The notes beneath the pieces are model-generated. The model was not told the DNA's origin. It worked only from the letters and a program-made list of their open reading frames with translations, and made no database searches. Position numbers and translations under genes: made by a program. A stretch of DNA of 63,377 nt, filler included, from Lenisia limosa (Eukaryota > Protista > Breviatea), in NCBI GenBank assembly GCA_001655205.1. It is 10 parts of 10 records of this genome, joined end to end, with 100 filler letters (N's around TTAATTAATTAA, not from the genome) between each part and the next. Parts side by side here need not be neighbours in the genome. Positions count along the whole stretch, not along the records: positions 58,427 to 62,043 come from LPNZ01006042.1; positions 62,144 to 63,377 come from LPNZ01000740.1; 8 more parts are not named here. One strand, given 5' to 3'. Positions 60,600-63,377 of the stretch are shown in pieces. Position 1 is the stretch's first letter. Every line of letters begins with the position of its first letter.

Positions 60600-62010
60600 C
60601 AAAATAGGGTGACCGTGACTATCTAAAAAGATGCCCAGTGGGGATTCGAGGGATCGGAGCAGGGACGGCCTGGAAGGGGGGGTGAGAAATGTGTAAAAGG
60701 CAGAACAGGAAAACAAAAGGTACAATAATATTAAAGGAGTTTCAAATAGGAAAGAGTAAGCTATTCTTTATTGCGCGTCATATTGAAAGTGAATCTTCTT
60801 TTGCTCCTTTCTCAAAATTGACTTCAGAGTCATTATAAAAAAAATAAAAAAAATAGAATAACAGATCGTCCTAAGGAAGGTATATTCTTCGATAATGGCG
60901 AAATAACTGTCCCATTTGAAATTGACAGTACAAGAGCAAAACAGTTCTTTCCAGTACTATGCAATATAACTACGACCTCACTTCAGTCGGTGAGATTGTA
61001 CCAATGTGACGCACTAAATATAACACTGACAGCTAGGGCTTCACTTTGGTTCAAAAAAGACCGGTATATAATATCGATAGTTTTCGAGGATTTAGAGAAA
61101 TTCAGTCTTTTTTCAACCGAAGTGAAGACCAACAGACAGCAAGGGGCGGGCACCCACTACCCACCTCCTGTACTGGAGTAGACGTCTTAGCCCTGAATTC
61201 TGCCATGAGAAGGCGCGCACGTGGTTTGGCGCTGTTTTCCCACATCGTGTCATCTCCGTCATCAGAAGATCCCTGGGGGGGGGGGGTGTAAAATGAAGGA
61301 AATTTCGATATTAGAGGTACGATTTAGCTGCAAAAGTGTGTTTAACATTGCTTTTATTCGAGATATGGAGCTAAACCTTGGTTGTCAATGTCTCAATTCC
61401 TCCTTACTATGTACTAAGAGGGGAGAAAATGACACCCACACCAATCCACCCAAAAAAAAAAAAAAAANNNNNNNNNNNNNNNNNNNNNNNNNNNNNNNNN
61501 NNNNNNNNNNNNNNNNNNNNNTACCAGATTCTATCATAATTCTATGAAGAATGAGAGAGACTATTCTAAGTTATGTAAAATCCCCTTTTTCCAGAAACTC
61601 TGAGGGAACTCAGAATATTCGAGTGCAGATAAACTAGAAGATTCTCTAGCACCGCATCCACACCATGACATCCAGGGCTTCACTTTGATTCGAAAAAAAA
61701 GATTATATTTCTCAATAATTCTTCGGTAAACATCGATATTATTAGGGCCGATGTGATGCCGTAATCGCGTCAGCTTACGGGGGTGGGTACACAGAATATT
61801 TCATATTGCTTTGAAGAACGAAAGGAAAACAATCATCGTATTCAATAGATCTCTTCCCCCCTTTAATTTGCTCTAAGGGTAACCCCCTTACGAATGCAGG
61901 TGGCTCAGGATTTTCCTCCAAATCTTCCTCGAAATCCTCATGACCGTCCACTTCGAAGTCAACCATTCCAATGCGCTCGACTGCGACCGCTTTCGGCTTC
62001 TGAGAGGGTC
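60600..62010 (-). CDS. Unidentified gene fragment
   Basis: AG/GT-bounded open exons KPKAVAVERIGMVDFEVDGHEDFEEDLEENPEPPAF (~61890-62000) and GSSDDGDDTMWENSAKPRARLLMAEFRAKTSTPVQE (~61165-61272). Confidence 0.35.
61034..61132. mobile_element. hAT-type MITE family A copy; further partial copies at ~30415-30487, 59045-59066, 61673-61740, 62940-63017
   Basis: tagggcttcactttggttc..ccgaagtgaagaccaa; flanks ctgacagc/cagacagc (7/8). Confidence 0.88.
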
Positions 62011-63377
62011 AGTTAGTTCTGTAGTACACATGGGGGGGGGGGGNNNNNNNNNNNNNNNNNNNNNNNNNNNNNNNNNNNNNNNNNNNNTTAATTAATTAAN
62101 NNNNNNNNNNNNNNNNNNNNNNNNNNNNNNNNNNNNNNNNNNNCACGCTTATTAGAGATATTAGGTTACAGTATAATATTAATCCTCCCAATCAAGATCT
62201 AAAGAGGGGTGGATTATGGCAATCTAGGGTTGAGAAATAACAAGGTTCTGAGAAACTAAAGTAATATTCTATGTAGTACATATGGGGCTGTAAGGATTAA
62301 ACTTCTCTGAGACTTGTAAGGTGGCCTAGAGTGTCTTAAGCCGTGCCAATCAAATCCGGCCTACTATTAATTCACCCAATCATTTACCTTACAAATATTG
62401 AAGTCCAATATTTATAGAGGTGCGGAAGTATGGTAATTTGTTCATGGTATCCATATGTATTTATTTGTTATTCCTTTTGTTCAAAAACGGATATACATAC
62501 ATATATATCTATCTGAGGTACGCAGAAAGCTGTGTGTAAAACAAAGAAAGCCCAGGCCAGTTGCTTTTATAGTCCCGCATCCCATCACGAGGCGGAAGGG
62601 AGTAATAGCAGATCTTAGATGGCAAAATGTGAAGGACGTGTGAGAGAGGGGTATAAAAAGAGAGCATACCTGTAGTTACCAAGAGCCACGCCATCTGGGT
62701 TGAGGCAAGGGATAATGCAAACTTCTGAAATGATAAGATTTGCAATGTGTCAATTTAATACTCCCCCCCCCCCCAGGGAGTTTGCGACGCCAACCTCATT
62801 CACATATTTCTAGTTTAGATTATAGGATATGTAGAAACTGCCTCCGCCAACCAGCGAGTCTGCGAACAGCGTTTGCTGCCGGCGTGGTTGAAGAGAGGAA
62901 GTCGATAAGACCTAATGTGCTGAAAAACAAACTGGGACAAGTTCTTCACTTCATTTCAAAAAAAGCCTGGAAAACTATCGATATTATTCCTGTTTTTCGA
63001 ATCAAAGTGAAGCCCAAGGTAAAAAGTGACTCTCCGAAATATCCCCTTAGTTTTCTGATCAGATTCTTTTTTGGGGACCGCTCCAAATACCTTCACAACA
63101 CCCCCAGTATGTTAACTCTTTATCCACTAGTGATATGATCATATGACCGACTTTCGAGTCAAAATGATGAAGATAACACGAGGGTTCATCCCGCGTGTAT
63201 CAGAGTATCATTGAAACTTGTCAGTCAATTATCATACGAGTGGATATGAGGTATCATATCACTGCGTGGAAAATTATTGTTCACACGTGTGAAAATGACC
63301 CAAAACGTGATATGATACCCCCAATATGATACCCCCAATACCTTCACAAACAAAGCTTGCAGGAGTCTCACCAGGAT

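Noticed and set aside
1-63377. tRNA, rRNA or snRNA genes; autonomous transposase or reverse transcriptase ORFs
   Set aside because: None recognised by eye; tRNAscan-SE/Infernal would be needed to exclude small RNAs.

Overview
Draft eukaryotic genome sequence. It is not one locus: nine artificial 100-nt linkers (44 N + TTAATTAATTAA + 44 N) join ten scaffolds, so gene order across linkers means nothing. The organism is an intron-rich, flagellated protist (CFAP45 and HYDIN are present; many introns are about 30-60 nt). The first scaffold (1-29499) is gene-dense: a multi-BRCT protein, aminoacylase-1, a ~14-kb integrin-alpha-like gene, CFAP45, MAK16 and a RecQ-type helicase fragment. The later small scaffolds carry parts of ABCE1, a DDX60-like helicase, a multi-TM cyclase-like protein, a beta-propeller protein, a TSP1-repeat protein, an STE11-like kinase, HYDIN and an ankyrin protein, plus many short repeats. 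Two observations stand out. (1) A giant integrin-alpha-like receptor: signal peptide, a bacterial-looking N-terminal domain, an FG-GAP propeller, about 18 DUF11-like stalk repeats, a TM helix and a KRGFFK tail. (2) An abundant hAT-type MITE family with 8-bp target-site duplications, one copy of which forms a GT-AG intron whose splicing exactly restores the pre-insertion exon (introner-like). All exon structures and homologies were read by hand and recognised from memory of family motifs; no database search was run, and most boundaries are approximate.
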